This document shows, piece by piece, positions 35,333 to 48,797 of a DNA stretch of 64,000 nucleotides. The translations under genes were made by a program, and so were the position numbers. Under the pieces are notes generated by a model that was not told the origin of the DNA, made no database searches, and worked only from the letters and a program-made list of their open reading frames with translations. The stretch comes from Pseudogymnoascus verrucosus. Lineage: Eukaryota. The DNA lies in assembly GCA_001662655.1 (NCBI GenBank), contig KV460216.1, one strand, 5' to 3'. Every line of letters starts with the position of its first letter. The stretch's first letter is position 1.

Positions 35333-35468
35333 CATATATCCCCAGTAACAATAGACGAAAGAAAGGTGAAATAGATGGATTTACATCTGTATATAGGAGA
35401 CATATATCCCCAGCAACAACAGACGAAAGAAAGGAGTAATAGATGGATTTTCATCTGTATATGAGACA
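35333..35468. repeat. 68-bp tandem duplication (2 copies)
   Basis: CATATATCCCCAG.AACAA.AGACGAAAGAAAGG...ATAGATGGATTT.CATCTGTATAT starts at 35333 and 35401. Confidence 0.85.
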
Positions 35469-36559
35469 ACAAGGGTGAAAATATCCGTATGTAGAACTAT
35501 AGGGGTCCACGTGATTGAGAATAGTGCTGACAACGGTGTTAGGGACATCAATAATCCGACTGAGGGCCTCAACCACAAAAACGAGGCTATGACATAGTGG
35601 ACTTTTTAGCACAATATATAGTCGCCGGCGCCATACCAGAAGCAGTTTGAGAGACTGACGACGCAGCTTGCGCCATCACTTCTGACAGTTAGATCATGAG
35701 ATATGAAAGGTCAAATAACAAACGGCAAATACATGTACCATCAAACTGAATTTGTGGTCTTCGGAGAGGCGGATGAGTCCAAACCAGCTCGGAATCGAAG
35801 CGTTCCGTATGATGCACCAGCTTACGCGCCTGCACACGGGACAAGAATGCCGTGTGCAGGCGCGTAAGCTGCCTGTCTGGCTGGTTTTCTTGCTGTTTGT
35901 ATACATCGTTGAGTTGCTTGTCTCACACAGTGGGGTGGAGGTTGAGGACGGGCGCGTAGATTGTTGGTTTAGGGCCCCATTTGACCCTTCTTTCCCCAGC
36001 ACAGCAGGCATGTTGTGTTGTGTTGTGTTGTAAAACAGAAACCCCTAGAAACCCACAAAACCCCCACTTTGCGACGTTTGATGGCCATTCAGGACAGCCG
36101 CAGCCGCTGTCGGCAAACAAAAATAGCGACAAACAAGCTCCTGTGATTCGCGACAAGGGTCTACGTAAGCGCAGCAGCCACAGCAACACAGCATGCAAGG
36201 CTGAGCCGACCGGCTCCGTGAAACTGACTCCCGACACAAGGCGTTGCTGCGCACTCCGTAATCACGAAGAGCTCCTTCATCTCCATAGATTCTTTTTTCG
36301 CCCCATTATCTTTTTATATTACTGTTTATTGCTCCTCCCGCCTTGAGATCTTGGCAAATTTGTTTTCTCCCAATCACTCTACGTGTGCGAACTCATTGAC
36401 TGCTTGGCATTCATCCGAACATTGAAGTGTCGTCATTGCTTTTATTCCGGCAAACATCCCCAGCAAGTCGGACTTGACTTGGCAACCCCGGATCTACGCA
36501 TCCCTTGTCCATTATATTATCACAATACCAAAAGATTGAACTCTGTGTGAGAATTGACA

Positions 36560-38224
36560 ATGAAGACAGCACTTCTCTCTGGCCTCGCAGCCACGGGATA
36601 CCTTATCTCGAGCGCAACAGCGGCGGTCCATGTATCCATCGTAAAAAACCACCGTGTCCAAGCAGATCAGCTCCAAGCCGCACAGCTCCGGAGGCGTGGG
36701 ACAGTCACCGAGTCATTAGGGAATGCACAGCAGTTTGGTCTCTACTATGCAAACGTCACCGCCGGGACACCCGCACAAGATCTGTCGTTACAAATAGACA
36801 CAGGGAGCAGCGATGTCTGGCTGCCCAGTTCAACTGCACGGCTGTGCAGGTCGAGGTCAGGATGCGAAGGAGGATCGTGTAAGTCGACCCTGATACAGAA
36901 ACAAGCTTTGTATGCGGCAGTTGCTAATGGTTGTGGCAAACAGTTGATTCGACTGCATCGTCGACATTCCAGGTTGTTGGACAAGACGAGTTTAATATTT
37001 CGTATGTCGACGGGACTGGATCTGTAGGAAGCTACTTCACCGACACATTCGGCATTGGGGGGAAGACAATTCAAAACTTTGAGATGGGCCTTGGAGAGGA
37101 CACCACAATTTCAATCGGGATCTTGTAAGTTTTGTACATCCACGGCGCTCGAACCGGAAGTATCTAACAGTCGTAGGGGAATCGGTTATGCGAATTCTGT
37201 CGCCAATGTCTTCACCGGCACTGGCACGTCATACGCCAACCTTCCACTAGCCTTGGTGAACGCAGGCCTCATTAACTCACCAGCATACAGTCTCTGGCTC
37301 GACGACATCGATTCTTCTACCGGCTCGATCCTCTTCGGTGGAATCGACACCGCAAAATACACCGGCCAGTTGCAGTCCATCAAGGTCTATCCCAGCTCCA
37401 AATCCGGAAACGTCACCTCCTTCACCGTCGCCTTCACCTCGCTACACGCAACCTCCTCGAGCGGCACTGATCTGCTTACCTCCAGTACCTACGCTCAACC
37501 CGCCATCCTCGACAGTGGGACAACCCTCACTCTCCTCCCAGACGACATCGCCGCCCTCGTCTTCGAAGAGCTCGGTGCCATCGATGACACGTCCCTTGGA
37601 GCCGTTGTCGTCCCCTGCTCTCTCGCCTCCAACTCCGGATCCCTCAAATTCGGCTTCGGCGGCGCCAGTGGCCCCACCATCAACGTCCCCGTCTCCGAGC
37701 TTGTCCTTCCCCTCACCCTCACCAACGGCGGGACCCCGAAATTTGAGAACGGCGCCGACGCCTGCCAGCTTGGCATCCAAGCCGCCGGCGACCTGCCAAT
37801 CCTCTTCGGCGACACCTTCCTGCGCTCCGCGTACGTTGTGTACGACTTAGCGAACAACCAAGTCGGCCTCGCGCAGACAGACTTCAATGCCACTGGCAGC
37901 AATGTCGTTGAGTTTGCAAGCATGGGCGCAGCGATCCCGCAGGCGACCACGGCATCAGGGCAGGACCAGATCGGCGTGTCGCAGACGAATACGGGGATTC
38001 CAAGAGGAGGAGAGGCAACTCAGACGGCGGTGGGAAGTGGCGTCGTCCAGGGCAGTGCGACGCCTACCGGGGGACTCACTGCCGCGAGTGGGTTTGCTAC
38101 TAATGCTGTGGAAAAGGAAAGTGCTGGTGGGCGGCTGGAGCCGTTGAGGTGGGGCATGTTTTCATTCCTGGGCGTGTGGATGGGCATCATGATGGTTGGC
38201 GGGGGTATGATCACCTTGGCGTGA
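36560..38224 (+). CDS. Yapsin-like aspartic protease (A1), probably GPI-anchored
   Basis: Signal and pro-peptide ending LRRR; catalytic IDTGSSD and LDSGTT; FGDTFLRSAYVVYDL; hydrophobic C-terminus; two introns (about 36879-36943 and 37126-37176). Confidence 0.93.
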
Positions 38225-38582
38225 GGAATGGACCCCGCTGTGGGTGGGGATGTGGATAACGACTTAAACTATACAATGATGGGGACGCATTTTTGGGATA
38301 TGGGTGTGTTAGGTACGGAAAGCATTATGGCGTTCTGGGACTTCTGTCCATAGATGATAGGCACTGCTGCATTGGCGTTGAACAGAGATGGGGATGAGTG
38401 GGGGGTTCGGGGTGTAAATTGTGTGCGTTTAAGATATACATAAAATCCATCATGTCTTACTTCAAGCATCTCCAAGGCCTCAGGACAAACTTATGACAAG
38501 TACCAATAATAATAGTATAGCTATCCCTGCTTTAACCTAAGTAGTTGATCAAAATAACTTGGGCGGAAAATATCTAATATTA

Positions 38583-38590
38583 TCACGTGA
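38583..38590. promoter_or_regulatory. TCACGTGA palindrome (Cbf1-type bHLH site) upstream of MEF1
   Basis: Perfect 8-bp site 145 bp before the ATG. Confidence 0.4.
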
Positions 38591-38734
38591 CGCGGCCGCA
38601 TGCCCCTGGCACTAACCGGCATCTCCCGCCTCTCCATCAAAAAAAGTTCAGGGCGTGGCCATCGTCGACGGGACTCGTATCGCTCTTTCCCCCCTTTCCA
38701 ATCCCCTCCTTTCCCGCCACATATATTCGACGCG

Positions 38735-41333
38735 ATGAGGGCAGCACGAGCAGCAGGGACAGCGGCGGCGGCTGGCGCAGCGGCGCGCCAGAGGATGGCA
38801 CAGAGCGCGCCGACGGCGGGCAGGTTCCGGTGTCTGTTTGCGAGGGAGAGCGCGACGGTTAGGGTGGGTGGATTGAGGGCTGGAGCTGTGGAGATGCAGA
38901 GGAGGGCATTTTCGGGCTCGAGGGGATTGAGGAATGAGGAGGCTGCGTAAGTTTTTCTGGGGGTTGTTTCTCACTTCCAGTGCAGGGGAAACTTCAGGGG
39001 ATGTCTAGGGAAGGGGGGGCGTCGCATTAGCTTTGGAGGGATGTCACGATTGAATGAGTCGCGCTGACCGCAATCTTTACTACAGAGCCAAGCCCGAAGT
39101 AGTTGTGCTGGGCCCCAGCCTCGAACAGATCCAGATCGACATGTCGCCCTCGGAGAAAGGACGACTCTCGAAACTCCGCAACATCGGTATCGCAGCACAC
39201 ATCGACTCCGGTAAGACGACTTGCACGGAGCGCGTGCTCTTCTACACCGGCCGCATCAATGCTATCCACGAAGTTCGCGGCAAGGATGCCGTCGGCGCGA
39301 AGATGGACAGCATGGACCTCGAGCGCGAGAAGGGAATTACCATCCAGTCCGCGGCGACGTTCTGTGACTGGAAGAAGAAGAATGTCGATGGCGTGGAGGA
39401 GATGTTCCATTTCAACTTGATTGATACACCCGGCCATATCGATTTCACGATTGAGGTAGAGAGAGCGCTGCGTGTGCTCGATGGTGCCGTGATGGTGCTG
39501 TGCGCAGTCAGTGGCGTGCAGAGCCAGACGATCACGGTGGATAGGCAGATGAAGAGGTACAATGTGCCGCGTATCTCGTTTGTGAACAAGATGGACAGAA
39601 TGGGAGCGAATCCGTTCAAGGCCGTGGACCAGATCAACCACAAGCTGAAGCTGAACGCTGCGGCGATCCAGGTGCCCATTGGCGGGGAGGACAGCTTCAA
39701 GGGTGTTGTCGATCTGCTCCGCATGAAGGCTATCTACTTTGAGGGCGAGCAGGGTACTACGCTTAGAGAGACTGATGAGATCCCACCGGATGTGCTGCCG
39801 ATTGCGCAGGAGCGCAAGAGAATGCTCATTGAGGCTGTGGCAGATGTGGACGATGAGATTGCGGAGCTCTTCTTGGATGAGAAGGAACCTACGACTGCTC
39901 AGCTCAAGGCGGCTATCCGTAGGACTACGATCGCGCTCAAGTTCACGCCTGTGATGATGGGTAGTGCGCTCGCAAACAAGGGCTTGCAGCCGGTTCTCGA
40001 TGCTGTCTGTGACTACCTCCCAGACCCATCTGAGGTGCCTAACCTGGCTCTCGACCAGCGCAAGGCCGAGGCTCCAGTCGCGCTTGTTCCATACAATACC
40101 CTACCCTTCGTCGGGTTGGCGTTCAAGCTTGAAGAGTCCAATTTTGGCCAGCTCACGTATATCCGTGTCTACCAGGGTACTCTCAAGAAGGCCATGAACG
40201 TCTTCAATGCGCGCACCGACAAGAAGGTCAAGATCCCACGTATCGTGCGTATGCATTCCAACGAGATGGAAGAAGTTCCCGAAGTCGGCGCTGGCGAGAT
40301 CTGCGCCGTGTTCGGCGTCGACTGCGCGTCCGGCGACACCTTCACCGACGGAACCCTCCCCTACTCGATGTCGTCTATGTTCGTGCCCGAGCCTGTCATC
40401 TCGCTCTCCATCACCCCCAAGAACAAGACGGACACCAACAACTTCTCCAAGGCCATGAACCGCTTCCAGCGCGAGGACCCCACCTTCCGCGTTCACGTCG
40501 ACAGTGATTCCCACGAGAACATCATCTCCGGTATGGGCGAGCTGCATCTCGAGGTCTACGTTGAGCGCATGCGCCGCGAGTACCGCGTCGACTGCGTAAC
40601 AGGCCAGCCTCGCGTCGCTTACCGCGAGACCGTCACCAAGCACGTCGAGTTTGACCACACCCACAAGAAGCAGACTGGTGGTGCCGGAGATTACGCTCGT
40701 GTCGTCGGTTACATCGAGCCAACCGGCAGCCTGACCTCGAACAAGTTCGAGCAGCAGGTCACTGGTGGTTCTATTGACGAGAAGTTCCTGTTCGCTTGCG
40801 ACAAGGGTTTCCAGGCCGCGTGCGAGAAGGGACCTATGCTTCAGCAAAAGGTCTTGGGTACCAGTATGGTCATCAACGACGGTGCAACGCACATGACTGA
40901 TTCCAGTGAAATGGCGTTCAAGGTCGCGACACAGCAAGCCTTCCGCAAGGCCTTCCTCCAGGCCGGCCCCGTCGTGCTCGAGCCGCTCATGAAGACCACC
41001 ATCACCTCGCCGAACGAGTTCCAGGGTAACATCGTCGGGCTGCTGAATAAGCGCAATGCTGTTATTCTCGATACCGAGATTGGGCCGGAGGACTTCACGC
41101 TCACGGCTGACTGCAGTTTGAATGCTATGTTTGGCTTTTCGAGCCAGCTGCGCGCGGCTACGCAGGGTAAGGGGGAGTTCGGGATGGAGTTCTCGCATTA
41201 TGCGCCTGCGCCGATGCAGATCCAGTAAGTTTGCCCTCCGTGTGGTATTTTGATGTGGATGTGTGCTGATTACTTTTCTAGGAAGGAGCTCATCGCCAAG
41301 CACGAGAAGATGCTGGCGGAGAAGCGCAAGTAG
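38735..41333 (+). CDS. MEF1: Mitochondrial elongation factor G1
   Basis: Arg/Ala-rich presequence; [42 protein letters not shown]; introns 38947-39085 and 41225-41281. Confidence 0.96.
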
Positions 41334-41784
41334 ATTTGATGTTCCGCCATGGTGGAATTTCTTTGTATTGAGAGCGACGCGCCGTCGTTTATCTCGAGTA
41401 TGTCGTTCCTGGGACGACACTTGTATTTTGATGTACAGCATATCATCACATCACCACTGTACCCCTGGCGGCGCATGATAAAAGGGCAGGGCGGTATAGA
41501 TTTTGTATATAGCACCGCATTGAATGGGTCGCGTGTTGCTGGTAATTAGGTCTAGATTGTAAGATTATGTATGAGATTGAAGCTATAGTCTGTGTTTAGA
41601 CCTGAAGTGGAGAAAGTGAGTGAAATGGCGTGCGGTGTGAGGTGTTGATGTGTTTCCTTCTACATATATTGAGATGGGACATCGCGGAATTGCAAAGCCG
41701 TCACAATTTCAAGTATCATAAATAGTAAGGTATGCCAAGTGTAAATTTCAATAACCAGAGCTACAAGTAATAGAAAACCGATGA

Positions 41785-41960
41785 GAAGAGCCTGAGAGAT
41801 ATATCAAACGTATCTTCAACAACTGAGAGAGATGTAATAAGCAGTAAACGACGACTGACAAGAACCTAAGAGATATACCAAACGTATCTTCAACAACTAA
41901 GAAAGATGAAATAAGCAGTAAATGACGCCTGACAAGAACCTATGAGATACATCAAACGCA
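41785..41960. repeat. 74-bp tandem repeat (about 2.4 copies)
   Basis: AAACG(TATCTTCAACAACT) recurs at 41806, 41880 and 41954. Confidence 0.85.
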
Positions 41961-42350
41961 AGTTCGTCGTCAACTAAGAACACTTCGAAACTAAATCTCT
42001 AGCTTGAAACCAACACAGAACGAATGTGGGTTTAATTCCCGGAAGAGTGACTCCAGATACAGAAGAACACTCGTAAAGGAAAATCAGAGGTCGTGAGCAA
42101 GGCTCGAAGCAATAAAGACCAATGGGGACACAAGTGAATGTTCCCGGAGTGTAGTTGTGGTATTCGGAAGAGTAGCTCCAGATGCAGGAGACCAGCTCAG
42201 AATATCAAAACACTCCTTGGCGATGGAGAGGGCGAAATAGAGTCTGTGGCGAGGACAGAAGGTAGGCGGTCGGAAGGAAGTGAGGGAGGAATGTGGCTAC
42301 AGTACTCTATAGAGTGACTCCAGATGCAGGAGAACACATAGAGTACAGAA

Positions 42351-44097
42351 TCACAGTCCAGGTGGATGGTGGGGGTAAATTGGGGCTGTAGAATAATACA
42401 GTGGCCAGTCGCGATGATGCATCCTAGAGAAGAGAAAATCTACTTCCCCAGTGCATCCAGGCGTGGCATTTGCATCTCCGCATAACGTATAATTGATACT
42501 ATTATCTAATAGCATCTGCGGCGAATACTCAGACTGCGTAGGTATCTGAATAAATGGCTGTTGGTAGAATGGGGTGCCTTGAGTAGAGAAATGACTTTCG
42601 GGAATGAAGATTATCGGAGAAGCGCCCATCGTTTGCCCCCTTGTGGAAAAGGGGGCATGGTTATCTAGTGGCAAAGAGTCGTACCCTACCTGAAGGGTTT
42701 GAAAATTCCTAGGGTACTGGTTGTGATAACTTGCATTGGGGTATATATAGCCCTGATTGCTATCGCGGTACCAGATTGCCGCGGCGTTGAACGGCGGGTG
42801 ATAGTTACCATCTAGCCCGAGTGGATTCAAGCCTGCACCATATATGTCACAGCTTGGTGTGGTGGCTAAGTCATGGGCGGGGTTTTGATAATCAGAAAAG
42901 GCAATCGGTGCTTCGCCGTAGGCTTCTCTGGCAGGTGACATGGTCTGTTGTTGTATGAGGGCCCAGTCTGTCGGTGGCCCAAACCGATGAAATCCATTAT
43001 AATCGCCTGGCTGGCTCGGTTCAGCTGACAACTCCCACATCGACATTTCAAAATATATCGTGAAGTTATGCACCAGTTTCGCTATTTCTTCGTGTGCAGT
43101 TTTGAATCCTTTATAGAAGTCGTCTTGTTGTCGGCAAGCTGTCTTCCAACGGTTGCTGAGTTCTTCCCAGACATGGCCAACCCAACACCAGACATGCTCA
43201 AAAAGTTGACGGCTCCCCTATCAAAATATGAGTTATAGATTACTACAAGAGATAATTATATGCCTACTTACAAACAAGTTGGCAGATTGGCCATGTTTGG
43301 CACACTTCATAGATCGTTTTAGCTTGCTCATGGCGTAGTACCATATAATCAGCTGTGAGCTTGATTCTTCGTCGATTATCAGTGAGCCGGACCGCACTTT
43401 GAGTAGAGACATTTGCAGCTGCTTATCGATTTGCTGAACTACAATCCAGATAAAATCCGACTGGAGGTCGCTACACGGAAACTGTGCATATTGAGCCATT
43501 ATGAGAAGCTTGCAAAGACCGAATCCGCGGCAAGCATACGCTATCAATCCGCAGTCCTGTTGCGTTTGTCCAACAATCTTGGGAACAAAGTGTCTGTCGA
43601 CAATTTCGAAGAGTTTTTGCACAACTGGGTTGTTCTGCTCATCGAAGAGGCCATTGACGGGAATATCGCAGGTTACTGGTTGTGGACTGTCGCCATTGCT
43701 TCCTGGTATGGTCGCCTTGAATCTGACTGTGCCGTAGATCCGGTTCACTCGTAGAGGTAATCCTTGCTGGGAAGCAGGGCCAAAGATGATCGATTTGCAT
43801 TCTATTACTAGGCGTTAGTTCGAAACGTATTTCAGTGTATAAATAAAAGTAAGGCTAACATACCTCCGCTAGATAGCATAGGCGCAAGCTTCAGTATTGA
43901 TTTTTGATCCTTCGAAGCTCCACGGCTGCATTCAGAGCAGCAGTTACCTTCTCCCATATCTGTGTACTTTTCAACGCAGTTAGCTCTATATGTAGTGTAT
44001 AGTAATAAATGTGGCATACCTGTCCTCGCGCGTAACGCCTCTTTACGCATGGCACTACTTGCACCTTTGGCCGTCTTGGAATATTGTCTGCTATCAT
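42351..44097 (-). CDS. Four-exon hypothetical protein with degenerate Zn2Cys6-like N-terminus and Q/P/Y-rich tail
   Basis: ATG 44097; introns 43967-44019, 43802-43863 and 43218-43271 join the ORF fragments into one open frame. Confidence 0.6.
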
Positions 44098-44866
44098 CGT
44101 AGAGTTGTATGAACACCGTAGGATGGTGCATGAATTTGAAAAGAGTGCGAAGCGGATCATTTAGTGGTATGAAATATGGGCGTACATACAAATACACTAG
44201 TTCTTATATTAAGACAAAATACATATGGAGCCTCGTTCGCAATGGAGTGGTCTAATATCATAGATAGCCTAGCCGGTGACAGGTAGGGACGATGGCTATG
44301 GGAAAGGAATGCAGCGCCATTGTAGTACCTTGCGCATATGCCGCCAAGCACTAGATATTGAAGTAAGACACTGATATGAAGAGAGTAATAGGCAGGATGC
44401 TGAAATATGTGACCGAGTCTCTCAAATATATGACCGACAGTCGTAGCCGAGTCCATAGAGCCCATTGTAGTAGTCTAGCCTTGCCACGCGTACATCACCG
44501 ACACGGTAAAATATATGAGGCGAAGTCACAAACGACTAATCATAGTGATCCCTATCTGCAGTCAGCATCCACTAATGCAGCGCCTGCAGATAGGTGTGTA
44601 TATAACGATAGAATTTAGACTCATCCTCCACCACTCCTGGTTGGATCGTTAAACTTGCTTAGCCAACGTTTGAACACCTCTCATGTCACCTGACGATCTA
44701 TGGAAACGTTAACTGGTGATATCCGTTACAGACTACCTGGCAGCTCTCATACCACACCCGTTATCTGCGTTTAGAGCAATTATACTCGCATCTATTTAAT
44801 TCTAAACCGACTTCGATGCTTTAAAGGTGATCTTGGTACTTCCGCCATCCGCCTCAACCAGCCTCG

Positions 44867-46969
44867 ATGGAATCAAGCGAAAGGCTGGCAAGCTTCCCTC
44901 CAAAGGCATATGGCAAATTGCAGACACCTCACAAGTTCTTCAAAGTAGGAAGGGTCTTCCAAAGTGACGACGAATTGATTTACGTTGTAGCCCGCGAAGG
45001 ATATAGCTCTTCGACTTGCTGTGAGCTACAATATGTAGGACAAAGCAGCAACATCGACTGCAGTTTGCCAAACATTGCCGCCCTTTGTCTTCTAGACTGT
45101 CCAATTAAGAGCCCTAGCGACAACCAATATCAACTTATATTAGAATGCCCCCGCGACGAGGTTTTGCCGATATATCACTTTGACTGTTCGAAATGGCTTG
45201 TACTCAACCACCAAATCGAAGTTTACAAAATTGGCCGGGTTGATAGAAAGTCCATCAAGAGGCTAGAGGCGATGTTTGCAGCTTTCAGCACTCCTTCTGA
45301 GACCATTACTAGCACTACGGTGGGGAGCACTGAGCTGAAGAGCACTAGGATGGAGAGAACTGAAATAGAGATAACTGAGATGAAGAGAACTGAGATGGAG
45401 AGAAATGAGGTGAAGAGAACCGAGATGGAGAGCACCGCGATGGAGAGAACGGAGATGGAGAAACCTGGAGTGGAGAGCACCGAGATTGAGGCATCTACTT
45501 TAAAAGCGGCTGCATTATTCTCTGCAGCATCATATGCCAACAAAACTAGCAGCCCTGCAGAAACCAGCTACGATATGACAAGTATCAGCAAGCGCCGCTC
45601 GAACAACACTGTTTCAACTGATTGGAGTGGTTGGGAATATAATAAGGATATGGGGTATGTCGCCTCTAGAATTAACAAATCTGGAAGTACGAACAGCTCA
45701 CCAACTCTTAATGCAATATATTTGAGTAGGTGCTAACTCCTACTAGAAGAGGATCCTCAATATTCTGGTATAAGTTCACCGCCTCGCATGCAGACGCCAC
45801 CGATGGAAAGCCTATGGAAAGATCTCCGTGTCGCTCTCCCACTCTATGAGAATAAGGTGAAAGGAGAAGAAGAAATATCTCAAGAGGAAGGTATCAAGTT
45901 AGCCCCGGGCTCCCACACAGAGGTATCCCAAGACCACACACCTTCTTACAACAGCTACATGGCACAGTATGCAGACCTAGCTTTCTCGCATACTCCAAAA
46001 CCATCAATTAGTGCGCATAAATACCAAGAACAAATAGCTACAGGTCCTCAAATACAGATAAATGCACTCCCGCGCCTAAAATTGTGGGAAGGTACTAAAA
46101 TCTAAGATCAAATTCTAGAATAAGATACTGAGCAACTGACATTAACAGAATTCAAAGTACACCACTCTAAGCACTTCAAACCAGGTTATGCAAGAGTTCC
46201 CTTCCTCTTTGTACTCCATATGCTAATACATTGGCTGTAGGTCTTTAAAATTGTGTGGTCTGAGCCTGAAGGAGAAACGATATCTCGTCAGAGGGAATTA
46301 ATTAGCGGTTACTCGCGAATGGCAGAATCAAAATATGGCGAGTTGGTTTATACGTCAATTCGCCGGTTCATTATTATGGCTTCGTATGAGGGCCACAGCA
46401 TCTGCTTGTAAGTCGGTCCCTTAATAATATACCTTTAGAATATAGGATTCTCATACCTAACTAGACCAATTTACACCTATGGAGGCCGGGGCACAGCGAA
46501 GTCTGGTGTTGTACCAGATCATCATGCCATAATATATTCCATGCGCCGGAGAACTTCGGATCGCGACCCCCCGAGAAAAAGCAATGGGGAGCAAGAGTTA
46601 GTGAATGCACCAATACGAATTGAACCGAAATCCCCGAGGGACGTTCTACATGAAATGTCGAGGCTTAATTATGCAAAGGCCTATACGGTAGAGCATAATG
46701 TGAAGGTGGCCTTCATTGGTCGTGTTCACGAAGACTCTAAACTCACATTACAAAAAGATTATCTTAAGATTCAGGGGACTCCCTTCAGTGATAATACGAG
46801 CGAGCCTAGTGGATCCAATTTAGATCCCAATGATGGAGATAATGAAGCCTTAAACGGCGATGATGGAACGGTATCGGATATCGACGTAGCGCGCGCCAAT
46901 GGAGCTCGAAGTGAATCAAACGAGGAAGTTCCGGAGCCGGAGCTGCAGCCGGAGCCGCAACCGTGGTGA
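44867..46969 (+). CDS. Protein with two DUF6590-like domains (N-terminal copy degenerate) and a pentapeptide-repeat linker
   Basis: FFKVGRVF...HQIEVYKIGRVDRKSIKRL, and FKPGYVFKIVWSEP...IRRFII..GHSICLPIYTYGGRG...SRLNYAKAYTVEHNVKVAFIGRV. Four introns; start uncertain. Confidence 0.75.
45321..45490 (+). repeat. 15-bp coding minisatellite (MERTE-like pentapeptide, about 11 units)
   Basis: STELK STRME RTEIE ITEMK RTEME RNEVK RTEME STAME RTEME KPGVE STEIE. Confidence 0.8.
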
Positions 46970-47151
46970 TAGTTTCCCCAAAAAAATGGAGGTCACAGGA
47001 CTTTGGGTATTAATCGAGCTTGCATCATAAACCCATAGCACGAACTATATCATATTTCGAACATTGTATTCTGGCTTAACAGTCTACTCTATCGCCGCTT
47101 TGCATACGTCAAAGCAAGTAATGTTCATACGGACAGTCTAATCAAATTTTA

Positions 47152-48797
47152 CTAACTCTCGTCCACAACTGTGGCTGTTCCTGAAGAGTTACCGCTATTC
47201 GCGGAGTACGCCCGAATCGCCTCCAAGACAGGTCGTCTCGTCGCAGGTGTATCAAACACCTGCGCGTGATCTAGATCGTCGAACCAGAGGATATCAATCC
47301 CCTTCCCTCGCCAAGGTCTATGTTTCCACCCTTCATGTAACAGCAAGCCCCCCTCCTCGCTCACATCGGGCATTATCTCCACATCTCTCTCGTCATCCGC
47401 GTCTTCGCTTCCCTCTGCCAAATATCGGCCCACAGCCTCGGTATTAACAATCAAATCTCTCCCTGCCAAACTGACCGTAACATCACGGCCCTCTAAAGCC
47501 TCCTTCCACAGCACATTCTCCGACCAGAAGAAGTGTCGCGCCAAACTGTGCGCAACTCCCATATCCATGCTGGCAAAGTACCACAGCTGGTGCTGACTCG
47601 CTGACTGCGGCTGACGCCGCGTGAAATTGTATGCCACGTCAGGTAGGTGCAATAAGATGGTCACAGGGTCGATAAGAACCATATCCGCGATCATCGGCGC
47701 CGTTTCGGCGTGCGCGAGGAGATGGGTCGCAATCACAGAGCCGTAACTGTGTGTGGCAAGCACGACCTGGGAGTAGCCGTGCTGGTTGAGGATTGAGGCG
47801 ATCTCAGCGCATAGCACGGCAGGGGATAGTGGGGCGTGGGTCAGACGGAAGGAGACGGGGTGTATTTCGAGGGCAATGATGCCAATTTGGCCGCCTGAAC
47901 CATCTCCGGCGGGAAGGTCCTTGGCCGAGTTGATGTCGGAGAGGAAGGGGACGTAGGGGTAGAGTCCGATACCGATACCGTGAATGAAGAGAACTGGGAG
48001 GTGCGTGGTCGACGTGTGGGGACGGTGCCAGTAGGTTGTGTATTTCGCGGGTGACCGCTTGGTGGTCAGAACAGCTTGTGGGCGGAATGGGAACAGTGTG
48101 AAGAATCGGGAGAGCGAGGTGCGGTGGAAATGGAACCCGGCGCGGAGGAGGTTGATGTAGGTGAGCAAGTCGACAAAGCCCACGCACTGGGACAAATTAG
48201 CTTCGTGATAATGGAAACAGTGGGACCTATACATACCATATACCAAGCCAAACTACGATGTAGCATGTCTATTGGATCGAGTGTCAGGCGAAGACTCTCA
48301 GCCTTGCCCCTCCCTGGCTCGAACTTTCTCCCCACCAGGGTCTCGTATGCAGCCACATACTCGTGCAACTCCTCCTCATCATCTCCAGCCTCTCCACCGC
48401 GGTTGAAAAACGCCCATTGTATAAACTCTTTCACATTATCATGCTTTATCTCCTCCTGCGGGGCACCCAGGAACCACCGATCAAGGTAGGTGTCTGGATC
48501 TGGGATGAACTTGTAACACTTTTCGAATAGCGCCTTTCGTTCTGCTCGAGAGGGGACGGGCGGGTGAACGGCTGCACGCTGGAGATATGCGCTGTATGGG
48601 AGGAAGACGACGAGGTAGAATAGCGACTCGGCGACAGCGATAACGTTGATCGCAAGTGGGGTGTGAGGGCGTGGTATTCCAAAGATGTAACTGGCGATGA
48701 GGAATACCGTATAGATGATGCTGGCTGGTGTGAGATAGTGTAAGAAGACGATGCAGGTGCGGATGAAGATGTATTCGAGGCGGGAGTCGTTTATCAT
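47152..48797 (-). CDS. Membrane-anchored alpha/beta hydrolase
   Basis: N-terminal TM segments; intron 48187-48236; FIHGIGIG, THSYGS, LIDPV, GRDLIV, LDHAQVF. Confidence 0.88.

Noticed and set aside
41785..42340. CRISPR-like appearance of spaced repeats
   Set aside because: Eukaryotic DNA; units are tandem or irregularly spaced and degenerate; no cas genes.
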